A stretch of DNA of 64,000 bases from the NCBI GenBank assembly GCA_964270895.1, contig OZ185447.1; one strand, 5' to 3'. This document shows positions 21,102 to 56,066 of this stretch, piece by piece. The translations under genes were made by a program, and so were the position numbers. How positions within the stretch are numbered: position 1 is the first letter of the stretch; each line of letters opens with the position of its first letter. The DNA is from Podarcis filfolensis. Its lineage: Eukaryota. The notes under the pieces were generated by a model. The model saw nothing but the letters and a program-made list of their open reading frames with translations, had not been told where the DNA came from and did no database searches.

Positions 21102-22304
21102 CATAGCATTATTCTGAAGAAAGATTACATCGGTCTTCTGTACAAGTTCTGAACATGCTTCAGTAGGAAAGACAGCTCCATGGGAACACCTCCCCCTCCA
21201 CCCCAACTGCACCCCCTTCCCCCAAACCAGAGAACTACTGCCACCCCTCAATCCCACTGCGGTGGGGGAGGGGAGGGAACGTTGTGCTCCCCTATACAAA
21301 ATAACCTTTGCATAGATTATGTTCAAAAGAACCTATTTTACAATGAGAGCTGTACACAGAGAGGCAGGGAAGGGAAGAGGGATTTGATCCAACTCAGAAG
21401 CCCACAGAGTCCTCGGAGCAGTGAGGCTGCAATATACATCATTAAAAATGAGACCATCTCTCCTGGTGGCAATGCAAAACATGAGGGCACAACCTTCCCC
21501 TTTTCACGGAGTCAACTCTGCTACCTCCTTGTGCCTCAAAAGGGCCCTAAGCTGTGAACGGAATAAACAGGGCGACAATCAAAAGGGAAAGCCAGAGAAG
21601 GGGACCCAGCATTTGGTCACTGTCATTTAAAAACCAACCCAGAGGCATTAAAAAAGTAAGAGCTAATTGTGTTATAAATCAGGAGGGCATCCCCTGCGGG
21701 TTTCTTGAGGGGAAGGGGCCGAGGGAAAGGATGAAGAGCCCCAAAATGTGATTTTCATTTTAAAAAGGATGCAAGTGCCTAACGAAAGGCTGAACGGAGG
21801 CTTCCCAAAGTGGTACTGAACTTTGCGGGGGCCATTCAGTGGCAGCGGGAGCCCTGAAGCGTCACTCAGGGGGCCACACCTCTATGGGGCTGCTCCCCCA
21901 CCCACTCCATGATCAGCAAGTAGCAGAATTAATTGGGAACAGTGCTGGCTCTGTCACTTCCCCCGCGAGGGAGCAGCTGAGCTACACATCCAGAGCTAGC
22001 CAACTTCTGCAGGAGTGTCCCTCGCCCTGCTCTGAGACAAAGCATCCGGGAGGGAGCAGCCACGCCTGCTGCCCTCCTCCCCCTCCTCCTCCTTCAAGTA
22101 GTACTCTTAACAGTCAAGTCTGGAATGCAGGGAGCTGTGTGGGGACAGGTGAGCCCCATCGGCTGCCCTCCATGATAACGGGAGGATCGAGAGCAAGGGG
22201 TGGGTCGGGGCAGGGGGCTAAAACTGCTTACAGTATGTGCGAGGAAGAGCTGGCCATTGCCCACCCCCCCCAGAGAAGTGACGGCAGAACTTCTCGCGCT
22301 GTGG

Positions 22305-45052
<22,748 letters not shown>

Positions 45053-47120
45053 TTTAGTTCTCTCTTGCTCTTTGCCTCTCGTCCCAACAGCTTCGTTTGC
45101 GGTTGCAGTGCTGGCTTCCTGCTCCAGTGCATGCTCGGAACCGGCCTCATTCTGGTCAGCCAGCCACTGGGACGAGCCGTCCAGCTCCTGGGTTCCTTGG
45201 CAGCCCAGCCTGCGCTCGGGACTGCCTGTCTCAGAATTATCTAGAGATTCATGAAGAGGAATCAGTCGCATTGTGATCAGAGCCAGACTGAAAAGAACTG
45301 AAAGACACCCACTCAAGAACAAGCTAAAGGAAGATTTTCAGAGGAAGTGAAATTAAACGTCAAAATGACATTAGCATGCCCTCTGCCTACAATTTTACTT
45401 TCCTTTAACACAAAGTAAAGCACTAAAAATTAAAGAAGGAAAGTAATGCACCTTAAAAGCAGCTATTAACTAAAGAGCATAAATGTAAACCAAACAGTTC
45501 CCAGCTGATCAAATCTCATTTCTCACTAGGTGCTTTTCAAAAATGAAGCTGTGAGTATAAATATGATTTGATTAATGATTACAGTGAAGGGAGGAGGGGT
45601 TCTTTTTTCCCTTTTTGTTGCTGTTGCCAAAATCAGGGGAGCCCCAGAAAAATTTGCTTGGGAGCCGGATCAGGCCCCCCCAAACTGGGGGTTAGCCTCT
45701 CCCAATTTACGATATACAAGAGATCTGGTGGCAGAACCCAGTAGAAAATTAATATATCCAACACAGTAGCTATCAAAAACACAACAGCATTAGAAAATCT
45801 CCGTTGCTAAGTTTGTACACACAAGCAAACATTTTCTGTTACAGAATAAATGTTTGGGTAATGTGAAAAAATGTTTTCTCTCAAAGTTTGCATTTAAAAC
45901 TTTAATATTTAGACACAAAAGATGTAAACCCTGCCTACAAGTAGAGGATTCCCCTATCTTCCTCCACTGGATACATATTCTACTGTTTAGTACTAAATGC
46001 CTAGACTTTCCAAAAATTTCCAGGGGAGCTATGAACAGATACTGTAAATTTTATTTCATTCCTTTGAGCTGCTTTTTATATCCCTCCATCATATCTCAAC
46101 AAGCAAATTAAGTTTAGTTGTGGCCTAGCCAGATTCCAGTACATAATAAATTCTGGCCCATCAATATAGATGTTGGTGACAGAAAAAGCATTTTGAAAAG
46201 AAAATAAATCCAACACTGAGCTCAGAAAAACAGCCAAAGATTTAGATTTGCTTGATGTTCCTGCTTAAAACCCTGTTGCCAATTCCCCAATGGTATTCAG
46301 TTTCACCTGTACCTGCGTGAGCTGCGAACTCCTCTTGCTTGTCAGGCTGAACTTCCAGGGTTTCGCTTTCCTGGGGAATACTACACCTGAAAAAAGATGG
46401 AACCGTTAGTCCAGAGAACATTTTGTGTGTGCGCGCGTGTGGTAGATGCACAGCAACCTATTCCTTTAGGTAAGGATCATTCAAACTTGCTCTTGGGACC
46501 CTGAACGACTCTGCCAAAGGGTAGATCAAACCCTGTCTCTCTTTTATTGTTACGCAGACAGCATGGGAATAGCCGGCCCACGGGTTGCGGTGGAGAGTTT
46601 TACTGTATGCACCAGCTACCAAATTCAAGCCTATGAAAAGAGGCAGGAACCTGTTTGGGGTGCGGTTTGGTGAACCACTAGAATTATCGCACTTTCCCAT
46701 CCACTTTACGGATTCTGAGTTGTCTAGCAGTGTCCTTTTCACTCACGCCCATGCCTAGGTATCCAGAGCCCAAAATCTTCTCAGTATCTGGGGCTACCCG
46801 GCTGGATGAGTGGAGTATAAATAATAAATTATTTTTATTTTGCTTCCTATGTACCCACCTTTGCTTCAGAAGCGTCAATATTCTGCACGTCACCCTCATA
46901 TCATTATCCCAGGGAAGTTTACTTCCCTTCTTGGCTTCATTCTTTTGAGAGAGATCTACAACCCATTCATCCTGCAAGCTGAGATTTTGCAACTCAACTC
47001 TATTGCTATAGCGTCCTATTAACTCTCTGCTTCTATAGCTCAATTTTGTCCCTAGCTCATAAATAACCCACTATCTCCCAAACCTTTTGTTCCTTCCCTC
47101 TCACTCCACACTTAACCCAG

Positions 47121-50100
47121 TTACCTTGTAATTCTACCTCCCTGGCCTGACCCTGCTGCCTCCATATCCTGCTTCAGCCTCTCAGCCAGCCCCTGCCCTT
47201 CTACTTCCAATCCTGACACAGCCTCACCCTCCACATGCTGTGCCAGCCTCAGCGCCCTCTGTTCAACCTGCCCCAGAATGGAACTAGTCTTAACAGAACT
47301 CAATGGAATAGTATCAATGGGACTTTCAGCCACCTTCACTCCCTTCACATGCAAACCAGTTGGGCCTTCGCCCCACATTGCCCGCCTCATGGCATTGTAC
47401 CTTTTAATTGCAATTCCCATTACCCCATCCCGCCAATCTTTCAACTCTTGCTTTCCTGTTAACAGGCCTGGACTTCGTCTCTCTGCCATAGAGTCAGGAC
47501 TGTCTGCTTTTGAGCCACGAACTGTTACAGAGAGTCGAGACACTGTCTGCTTAGATCCCAACACGTCCTTCAGCCAGTGTACGTTGGCTGATTGGCTTGT
47601 AAGCCCATACACCCTTCTTCCCATCCCAGACACTGGTGGCTCAGGACTTGGTCCTGCTGACTTTACTGCTCCCTGACCTGTCACCATCATGTTTATTCGT
47701 TCTTTTATTCCAGCCCGCAATGGCCCTAAAGCAAGTCCATGCCCAGACCCAAGGCCTGCAGTCCAACCAGAACCTGGTCGTATTGTCGAATAATCTTGTG
47801 TCAGTGGCCTACCAAGCCATGGCAAGTACATTCCTTCTGGATGTTGCCTTGCTCTGTCATCAACATCCTTGGCCAATATCTCCAACTCCTTAACTATCTG
47901 TTCCTGCCTCGGTGGTTCTGCTGGGGTCTGATCAGATTCCTTTCCTGCCTCCTCCATCACAGGAAGCTGCTGAAAGCTCTCTATCCTGTTATCTGCCTCA
48001 GAGAAACATGACATCCCTTCCCGTCCAATTCTGTACCCCATCATAACCACCGGCTCACCTACTTTAACCCTAATTGCACGAGACCTCAATTCAGCTGATC
48101 GTGTCTCCCTCTGATCTAATTCACCCTTTCCCAGTTGCGTACGAGCCTCCTTAATCATTCCCTTCTGCTGAGCCATTGCTGTTAAACTGGTCACAATCAA
48201 CCCTGGAGCCCTGTGCTCCAGCACTCCACGACGGAATCCACATGAGCGTGTTGCCCCTTGATGTGGTACCAGTATTGGCCCTTGCCGTAATCCTGCCAAC
48301 CCTGAAATTATTTTCCCCTTCAACTTGCGACGTTCCTCTTGACTTCCTATGGCAGTGCGCTGTGACAAATGTGATGACAGCACTGAGGAACCTGATTTAT
48401 TCAATTCAGCCACCTTCAGGCTTGGTTCCACTTGACCTTGGGCCAGGTTCGTATCAGATGCCAACCAGGTGACTCTGGTATCTTCTTCACTTGGTTTTGC
48501 CCTTTGACTCAATATCCCCTCCCTGGAAGGCACGCCTGCCATCTCCTGAGTTGGTCCTCCCAACTGTTCTTCTACTTCTGGGCTCCAAACTAGTGTCTTC
48601 TCCTGAGAGGGTACCTTTCTTCCCATAGTACCTTGATGCTGCTCAGTCAACGCAATCTCACCTACACTTGTAACCTCCACTACTGGTCCCTGAAATGGTT
48701 CCACCAGCACCTTAGTATCACTCCGATCGCTGAATAATGCCTCTCTTATTTCTCGAGATTCCTCCCTAGTAACCCTCTCAGTTGAACCCAACTGCTTGGC
48801 TTCTCCCTGATCAAGTCCTACTTGCTCTTTTGTCTCCCTTTGTTCTGGTTCTGCTAGCTCTCCAACTTTCTCCTGACTAGTTCCTAGTTTCACCTCTTCT
48901 CCAGGCCCCATCTCCTGACTTTGCACAAGTTCTTCCTCCAAGCCTCCAGTTTCTTCTTGTGCTCCAGCTACTCTCACTGGTGCTCCCACCGCCTCCTCCC
49001 TTCTTTCTTCCTGACCCACTGCACTCATCTTTTCTGTTTCCCTCTGAGCTGCTCCTATCACTTGCTCAGCCACATCAAGAGCCACGTGTATCATATCCTC
49101 CTTGACAGTCACCTCCTCAGTCTCTACCTGACTTGTCACTACCAAACCCTCCCCCTCAATAAATGCTACATCTCTCTTTGAAGTTGCCACCTCTGCCTCC
49201 CTCTTATCTTCCCCTTCCTCCACTGTGGCTGCCATACTGCCAATCTCACCCTGACTTATCCCAGCCAAATCCTCAACCTGCTTTTGATCTTCTACTGATT
49301 CCACATCTTTCTCTGCAGCCACCTCTTCTGCCTGCTTTTCATCTATTCTTGGTGATCCCTGATCCAGTGTTGATGCCATACTTTCTTTTTCAGTCTTACC
49401 CTCAACTTCTCCCTGACTTGCCACCACCAAATGCTCAGCCTTCTCCTCAGCTGCACCTGCCTCTTCCTCAGCAATCACCAACTCTGACCCCCTCAGATCT
49501 TCTTGTAGGAATTCAGCTTTAACTTGATCCATTGATGGTGCCACCTCCTCTGCTTCTCCCCTGCTTGACTTCACCAAGTCTTCAACTTCCCCCCAACCCT
49601 CTGATGATGCCAAATCTCCTTCCACAATCATGCTTTCAGCCTCTCTCTGATCTACTCCAGATACCCTGTCTTCCCTTTCAATTTCCTCACCAAGTCCCTC
49701 CTCACCTGGTCCAACTGTCATCTCCGCCTCCCTCTTACCCAAAACTGGTTCCTCCTCTCCAGTCAACACCTCAATTTCCCCCTGACCTAGTCCTACCAAC
49801 TCCTCCTCACCCCTTGCTAATATTGCATCTTCCTCTGCAGTCACTTCCTCTAGCTCTCTCTCATTTACATCTGGCACCTTCTCAGTTTCCTCATAGTCAA
49901 TTGCAGGTGCCACATCCTCTTCCTTTCCAGTGACCTCTAGGATCTCCCCTTGACCCAGTCCTGACAACTCCTCCATTTCTCCATGATTATCTGTTGATTC
50001 GCCTTCTTTGTCACTCTCTCCCACCTCCACCGACTCTGGCATCTTTTCAGCCTCCCCCACTGCCTCATCTTCCCTGACAGTTGCCTCAGCTTCCCTCTCT

Positions 50101-50819
50101 TCCAGTTCCATCAACTTTTCCTGTTCATCTCCCTTTTCAACCCTCTCTCCAGAATCTACACGGTCCTCTTCTACCAAATCCTCTTCTTTCCCGTGGTCCG
50201 GCCCTGCCAACTCAGTCCAATTTCCCCCCATTTCTAGAACCATTTCACCCTCTCCAAGCAGTGTTTCTTCCTCATGAATAAATTCCTGAGTCTCCTGCTG
50301 ATCCATTCCTTTTCCAGTCTTCCCCTCAGCTTCCCTCTCATCTGGGCTCCCAAAAACACTGGTTTCCTCCTGATTTGGTTCTCTTGACTCTTCAACTTCT
50401 TCTTTCTCTCTATTACTCTTAAGCTGAAATTCCTCAAGAATCACTGTCTCCAACTCTTCTGCTTTTCTCAGATCTGGTTCAATAATTTCCTCAGCCTCTT
50501 CCCCAGACATTCCTAATGCCACTTCTCTTTTCAGTGCATCCTCAGCCACCCCCCTATCCAGTTCTGCTAAGGGTCCAAATGTATCCTGGTCTGGTTCCAT
50601 CAACTCTCCAGTAGTTGGTGCTTCATGTTCTTTTTCAGCCTCCTCTTCTGCCTCTGAGTCTTTAGCCTCTCCCTGTCCCACACCTGTCTCTGGAAGCAAT
50701 CCAGTTATCTTTCTCTCTGCCTCATTGGGAGGTCCTTCTACTGTGGTCTCCTCATTCACTACAGCCTCCTCTCCCTTCCTATCATCCTGAGCTTTAGCCT
50801 GCCCCTCCTCAGGCTCCAT
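47121..50819 (-). CDS. Uncharacterised 1232-codon Glu-rich ORF inside the SRCAP 5' region; candidate giant alternative SRCAP coding exon or nested intronless gene
   Basis: 3699-nt stop-free frame. ATG at 50819 in strong Kozak context (GTCATGG) with an in-frame TGA six codons upstream. Ends ACA AG|GTAACT (donor overlapping the TAA). AATAAA at 46839-46834. No recognisable domain. Confidence 0.75.
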   Translation of the reverse strand: MEPEEGQAKAQDDRKGEEAVVNEETTVEGPPNEAERKITGLLPETGVGQGEAKDSEAEEEAEKEHEAPTTGELMEPDQDTFGPLAELDRGVAEDALKREVALGMSGEEAEEIIEPDLRKAEELETVILEEFQLKSNREKEEVEESREPNQEETSVFGSPDEREAEGKTGKGMDQQETQEFIHEEETLLGEGEMVLEMGGNWTELAGPDHGKEEDLVEEDRVDSGERVEKGDEQEKLMELEEREAEATVREDEAVGEAEKMPESVEVGESDKEGESTDNHGEMEELSGLGQGEILEVTGKEEDVAPAIDYEETEKVPDVNERELEEVTAEEDAILARGEEELVGLGQGEIEVLTGEEEPVLGKREAEMTVGPGEEGLGEEIEREDRVSGVDQREAESMIVEGDLASSEGWGEVEDLVKSSRGEAEEVAPSMDQVKAEFLQEDLRGSELVIAEEEAGAAEEKAEHLVVASQGEVEGKTEKESMASTLDQGSPRIDEKQAEEVAAEKDVESVEDQKQVEDLAGISQGEIGSMAATVEEGEDKREAEVATSKRDVAFIEGEGLVVTSQVETEEVTVKEDMIHVALDVAEQVIGAAQRETEKMSAVGQEERREEAVGAPVRVAGAQEETGGLEEELVQSQEMGPGEEVKLGTSQEKVGELAEPEQRETKEQVGLDQGEAKQLGSTERVTREESREIREALFSDRSDTKVLVEPFQGPVVEVTSVGEIALTEQHQGTMGRKVPSQEKTLVWSPEVEEQLGGPTQEMAGVPSREGILSQRAKPSEEDTRVTWLASDTNLAQGQVEPSLKVAELNKSGSSVLSSHLSQRTAIGSQEERRKLKGKIISGLAGLRQGPILVPHQGATRSCGFRRGVLEHRAPGLIVTSLTAMAQQKGMIKEARTQLGKGELDQRETRSAELRSRAIRVKVGEPVVMMGYRIGREGMSCFSEADNRIESFQQLPVMEEAGKESDQTPAEPPRQEQIVKELEILAKDVDDRARQHPEGMYLPWLGRPLTQDYSTIRPGSGWTAGLGSGHGLALGPLRAGIKERINMMVTGQGAVKSAGPSPEPPVSGMGRRVYGLTSQSANVHWLKDVLGSKQTVSRLSVTVRGSKADSPDSMAERRSPGLLTGKQELKDWRDGVMGIAIKRYNAMRRAMWGEGPTGLHVKGVKVAESPIDTIPLSSVKTSSILGQVEQRALRLAQHVEGEAVSGLEVEGQGLAERLKQDMEAAGSGQGGRITR

Positions 50820-51229
50820 GACCACATTAACCTTTCACTTATTTCTGGTCTGGTTTCTTGCAAAACTTTGATGGTGCTAAGTAACTGCAACCCCCTCCCA
50901 ACTTTTCAAGTATTATCACTAGCCACTCAAACGCTAGAGCAGTGCAACTGCTCAAGTCCCAGATGATACCCTAATACACTTTGAACTTGCCACCCTTTCT
51001 CAGAACCCTTGCGCCCCGCTAAAAATCAATCCTTGTATCCGCAATCCTGTATTTATTCATTCATTGCACCCTAATCGCAAGCGATTCCCCCTCTGACGCC
51101 TAGTTTCTTTCTTTTTCAGCACAAGTTCGATGCCCTTTGATTTCCCCCCACCCTTTAACCCCTTTGTCACACTTTCCCTCCCACCTTTTCCCTTTGACCC
51201 CTTGACCCCGCCCCGGTTTTCCCCAAAAC

Positions 51230-52620
51230 CCTCCCTCCCTCCCTCGCCCTCCCTCCCTAGTCCCCCGAGAATCCCCGCTCGCCCCTCCCCCACCCGCTGA
51301 GGAGTAGGCGGCCGTTGGTTGGTCGGTTTCGCGGCGCGCGAGTAAACGAGGTGACGGGGGGGGGGGAGGAGGGCGATAGGTGAAGTAATAATAGGCCAGG
51401 ATTGAGAGCGGCCGTTGGCTGGGTAAGCGCGTGCGGCTCCCACATTGGCTCCTTTCTCTTATTTCCCGCCCCGCCACACTCCATTAGTGCGCCCTCTATA
51501 GGCAGGGGAGCGAAATGACCGACGGGAGAGAGGAAGGGACGGGGGAGGTAAAAGGCCGCGCGCGCGCGACCACCGGCAACCAGGCACACGCGCGCGCTCT
51601 TATCTGTTTCCTCACTTTTCCCTCCCGACTCGAAGCAGAGACTTGCACCCTTCCAGGGAGGTGGGTGTGAGCGAGCGGAGTAGAGCCCCGGCCGGTCCGC
51701 CATCTTACCTGGGTGGGAGGGGGGAGGAGTGAGGAGGGAGGGGAGGCGCCTCCTGCCCCGCCTCCTCCTGCTGCCGCCTCAGCCCCAGCGCCGCCGCCTC
51801 GGCCGGAGAGAATCCGCCGCCATCCGCGGCCCCCAGGCCTCTCCCGCGCGACTTCTCCCTTTGCGCGGCCTTCGCCGGTGCTCCTCGGCACGTCGCCCAC
51901 CCCTCCCACCCGGATGCTGATCCCTAACCAGGCCCCGCCGAGCCAGACCCGACCCGCCGCGGCAAAATGGCGGCCGCCACCACCAAGCGCCAGGGCCAGC
52001 CCCTCCCTCCTCCCACCGCTCCCTCCACCCGCCGGCCTCGGCGCTTAAGTCTCGCGAGAGCTCGGGTAACGCGAAGGAGGGTGTGCGTGCGTGGAGAAAG
52101 AGAAAAGAAACTCAGACCCAAAGTGTCTCACAGGCGCGTCGCGCGGGAGGACGGCGTCCCGGCGAGAGGCCGCGGGCCAGAAGAATTGCGGAAGACGGCG
52201 CTCTTCTCCCTCACAATCAGATAGAGCGGGATGTGGGACTGCGAGCCCGCGGGGCGAGGGAAAGGCCATCGCGAGTGAAGGGCATGCTGGGAAATGGAGT
52301 CCTGGGGGATGCTGGGGGTTGGAGTCTCCCTCTCTCTTTCGGACGGAGGGAGGGAGGACTCGATTTGTCTTTCCTCAAAAATTCTTCCAATTGTTCGCTG
52401 GGCGGGCTGGCGCGACTATTCGAAGGTGCTCCAAACAAGATGCACATCGCGCTTATGAATGGGAAGAGGCAGCTTTGGCTCGTGAAAACATGCACTTCCC
52501 CTAGGACTACTCGCAGATACTTCGGACGCGACTTTGAAAGTCAGGAAAGTTTCAATGAATATTGTTTACGTGGGAGGGTGCTCGCACCGTCGCGCGAAAC
52601 GAGGTTGACAAGACGTAGTT
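51230..52620. promoter_or_regulatory. SRCAP CpG-island promoter; non-coding exon 1 donor CAG|gtaaga after 51709
   Basis: CpG-dense. YY1-type motifs at 51697-51706 and 51964-51973, TCTCGCGAGA palindrome 52050-52059, CCAAT at 51448-51444 (minus). Confidence 0.8.
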
Positions 52621-53811
52621 GACAACATTTCGAGCTCATTTCAAAACTTCTAGTGCGCTGATTTTACAGGTGATAAATCTGCATTGGGAACTCCAGAGCT
52701 TCAATGAGTTTTGAGTTTGAAATCATGATTTCTCCAAAAGGAACAAATTCCAAATTTTGACGTTAGGTGCGAAAGTGGGCCTGGCTAACTTGGCAAAGGA
52801 AGGGGAAAAAACACATTGGCATTTAAAGCAAATATGAAAGTTATTTCAAAACCAGTATTTTCATTTTAGATGTAGTATAGACCTTTTCATGTTCATGTGG
52901 TCGAGGCTATAATCCTACACACACAGTTGGCAGTAAACCCTATTGAACCTAATGAATGTTACTTTTGAATAAGCATTTTAGGTTCATGCTAAAGCCTTCA
53001 GCTACCTGCTTATAAACTCATTTTTACCTGCTCTTAATTATGTTTTTTATTACCGTATTTATTGCTTTGATAACTGTAAGTCATAGTTAATTTCTAAATA
53101 AAATAAGGGGATGACGCTTACAAATATTTGCTCTTCTTCACTTCCGTTCTAGATAGATGGTTCAGGATTGGGCCTGTCCAACAAACATAAAACAATGGGG
53201 ACAGAGACAGACTATATAATGCAATGTCTACTTGACTTAATATGCGAGAGGCCTATATTCCAGTCCTACCTCTGCCATTGACTAATTGGCTGCAGTGGAA
53301 AAAACAAATACTAACGGCTAGCTAGGACACCCTCCCACTTATTCTGAGGATAAACCAAGTTAATGCTGCAGTCCTAAACACACAGGGATTTTTAGCAAAA
53401 TTGTAGCTATATTGAGTACTAGCATCTTTGATCAAGCCAATTTGTTATTGTGAATATATGGCAACTTTTAATTTATTTAAACCACTATTCTGTGTAGCAG
53501 GAATAGCTAACCTGCAGCCCAAGATTCCTCTGTATTTGTCATTTTTAAATTGTAAAAAAAACATTTTTGTTAACTGCTTCCGTAGGTCCCACTGTCAGAA
53601 GTGATGACAAGAGAGAGAGAATGTGTCCATCCGTCCGTCGTCGCCCCCCCCCCCAAGATATTCCATGAACCCATGGAAGTTTTGGACTTCTAGATTGGAG
53701 TGCAGCTTGGTAAGTTTGTGTGTGTGTGCTATTTAAAAAAAACAGTTAAATCTAAACTGATAACCATACAATGTTGCCTTACATTTAAGTCAAACTATAG
53801 GTCTAGCATGA

Positions 53812-54160
53812 GGGACGTGGGTGGCGCTGTGGGTTAAACCACAGAGCCTAGGACTTGCTGATCAGAAGGTTGGTGGTTCGAATCCCCGCGACAGGGTGAG
53901 CTCCTGTTGCTCGGTCCCTGCTCCTGCCCACCTAGCAGTTCGAAAGCATATCAAAGTGCAAGTAGATAAATAGGTACCACTCCGGAGGGAAGGTAAACGG
54001 CGTTTCCGTGCTCTGCTCTGGTTTGCCAGAAGCGGCTTAGTCATGCTGGCCACATGACCCGGAAGCTGTACGCCGGCTCCCTCAGCCAATAAAGCGAGAT
54101 GAGCGTTGCAACCCCAGTCGGCCACGACTGGATCTAATGGTCAGGGGTCCCTTTACCTTT
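53812..54160 (+). mobile_element. Full-length Sauria-type SINE with 16-bp TSD
   Basis: gggacgtgggtggcgctgtgg head, B box ggttcgaatccc, 3' ggtccctttaccttt; flanks tataggtctagcatga (53796-53811) and tataggtctagcgtga (54160-54175). Confidence 0.9.
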
Positions 54161-56066
54161 ATAGGTCTAGCGTGACCTAAAGCATTAGTTCTCTATCACT
54201 GCTGTACGTAGCTCTGCTTGTTGCAGACACAAGTGCAAGCTTTGCTGATTGTGTTCTGGAACTAGCTTCTGTTCTTAAAACAATTCATTAAAATGCCTTC
54301 ATCTGTGACATGTTTCTTTCAGATAACTTTTATTTTCATCATAAAAGGGAAAAAGCCACACATTCCATGAATGACATCCAGTTCTGAAGGAACAAATGGA
54401 AACATATGTAGAAGAACTCCTGAGGATGTATTATGAGGACAACACCTCAGAAGGTTTTTACCAAGGGTTTATAAATTCATTTTCACTATACAATAAATTG
54501 TCATAGGATGGTATCCAATTTTAGTCACACATAGAACAAGGTCAGTTAAATCAATAGACCTAACTTGGGACTAGGTTGAAATCTGTGTTGGGGGTCTAGA
54601 AATCTCAGTGGATATTCAACCCAGAAATAATTTTTATCTTTTGTTATCAACACCACTGAGTTTAAAGAGGATGTACAGTTTAAGATGCAATACTTACTTG
54701 GGAGTAAGTCCCATTGAATTAGGACTGTAGTATTAGCAGCTTCGGGATGTTCGCATGGCAATTTAAAAAACCCGCAGCATTCCTATATGTGATAACTACT
54801 TTCCAATGACAGCTATCATTTGGAAACCTCTTGCTGTAACTTTTTTCACAAGTATTACTTTTGAGACCAGAAATTATGTTATTGGGAATATTTTGGCAAC
54901 ATATTATGAAAGCAATATTTACTAAATAACCTACATGTTACAGTGCATATTCTGATTACAAAATATGGGAAGAGTCAGTTTGCCTACTCTGAAGGACTAG
55001 CTCCCATTTGACAAAGGTCAGTTAACAGTAAAAATCACTTGCTATAAACTACTACAGGGATTCTGTTTTTTGGACAATTGGGAACCTTTATTGATCTACC
55101 AGTTTTTTAAAAAAAATCATACAAAACAGCTCATCAAGAAGATTGGACATTAGAGATCCATCTCAGTCTTCTGGATAATTCTGTACCACCCCAAAGAGAT
55201 CATGTATCTTTGTGTCTTAAAAATATAAAAATAAAACCATTTTAAAAAGCTGGGAGACACAATCCCAAATTAGATTGAAAACTGCAGGATTCCTGATTTC
55301 CTAAAAGCTTTTGCCACCCAATTCAATTTGTGAATTTGTAGACTGTGGAGTATAAAAGGCAAGAGTAAGGACTACTACACTTTTCCAGTACTTCATGTTT
55401 CAGACCTGAGCCTCAGTCCAAACTGAACCAGGCATGTAGGTAGGTTTTTTTGTTTGTTTTTATGTATAAAAAATAAAAGTAACCTAGGATATAGCATTTG
55501 GCAGTTGCACTCATTTCTGCAAAACTGATCCCTGCATCATCTCCTAGAACATGATAAAATCTCTAAATTTGTGGCCTGGCAGTGGAAAGAAAAGTTCATT
55601 CTTATTAAAGTGGTTTTAAAAGAGATTTTGGATTCCAGTCATTGTCACTCCAGATTCTTTGCTCCCTTCTGGTTGGAAAGAGACAGCACCAAACATTTAG
55701 ACTACTAGGAAGCAGAAAAGTAAAAAGCAAACTTCACAGACAAGAAACTTTCAATTTTACCTACCTCTTCCATCCTATTCTTATCACAGAGATTAAAAAA
55801 TTGCTGCAATGGAGAACTTTTGTGAAAATACAAGGAGTATAAACCAAATAATATATATGTCACTTATGTAATCATGGCCATTCAGTATTTAGTGAGATTT
55901 CCAAGGGATTGCAATGAACAAGATGTGGCTTTTGAAGTGAGAATGGAGAAAAATAAGGGTGCAACCTGGTAGTAGTCCTGGCCTGGCTGGTTTTTGCTGT
56001 AATGCCACATCTTTTATCACTTTCCCCCAGATTCTACCAAAGCCCAAACAGCCTATGGTGTTAAGG

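Noticed and set aside
46458-47043. Short ORFs downstream of the giant ORF (46684..47043, 46458..46742)
   Set aside because: Non-ATG or weak starts, no recognisable motifs, span the putative poly(A) signal; probably intron or 3'UTR.
47235-50437. Multiple plus-strand Pro/Leu/Ser-rich ORFs
   Set aside because: Antisense reading of the purine-rich Glu-coding strand.
51057-52622. Many 100-180 aa ORFs in the CpG island
   Set aside because: Expected from stop-codon scarcity in GC-rich DNA; no splice or homology support.
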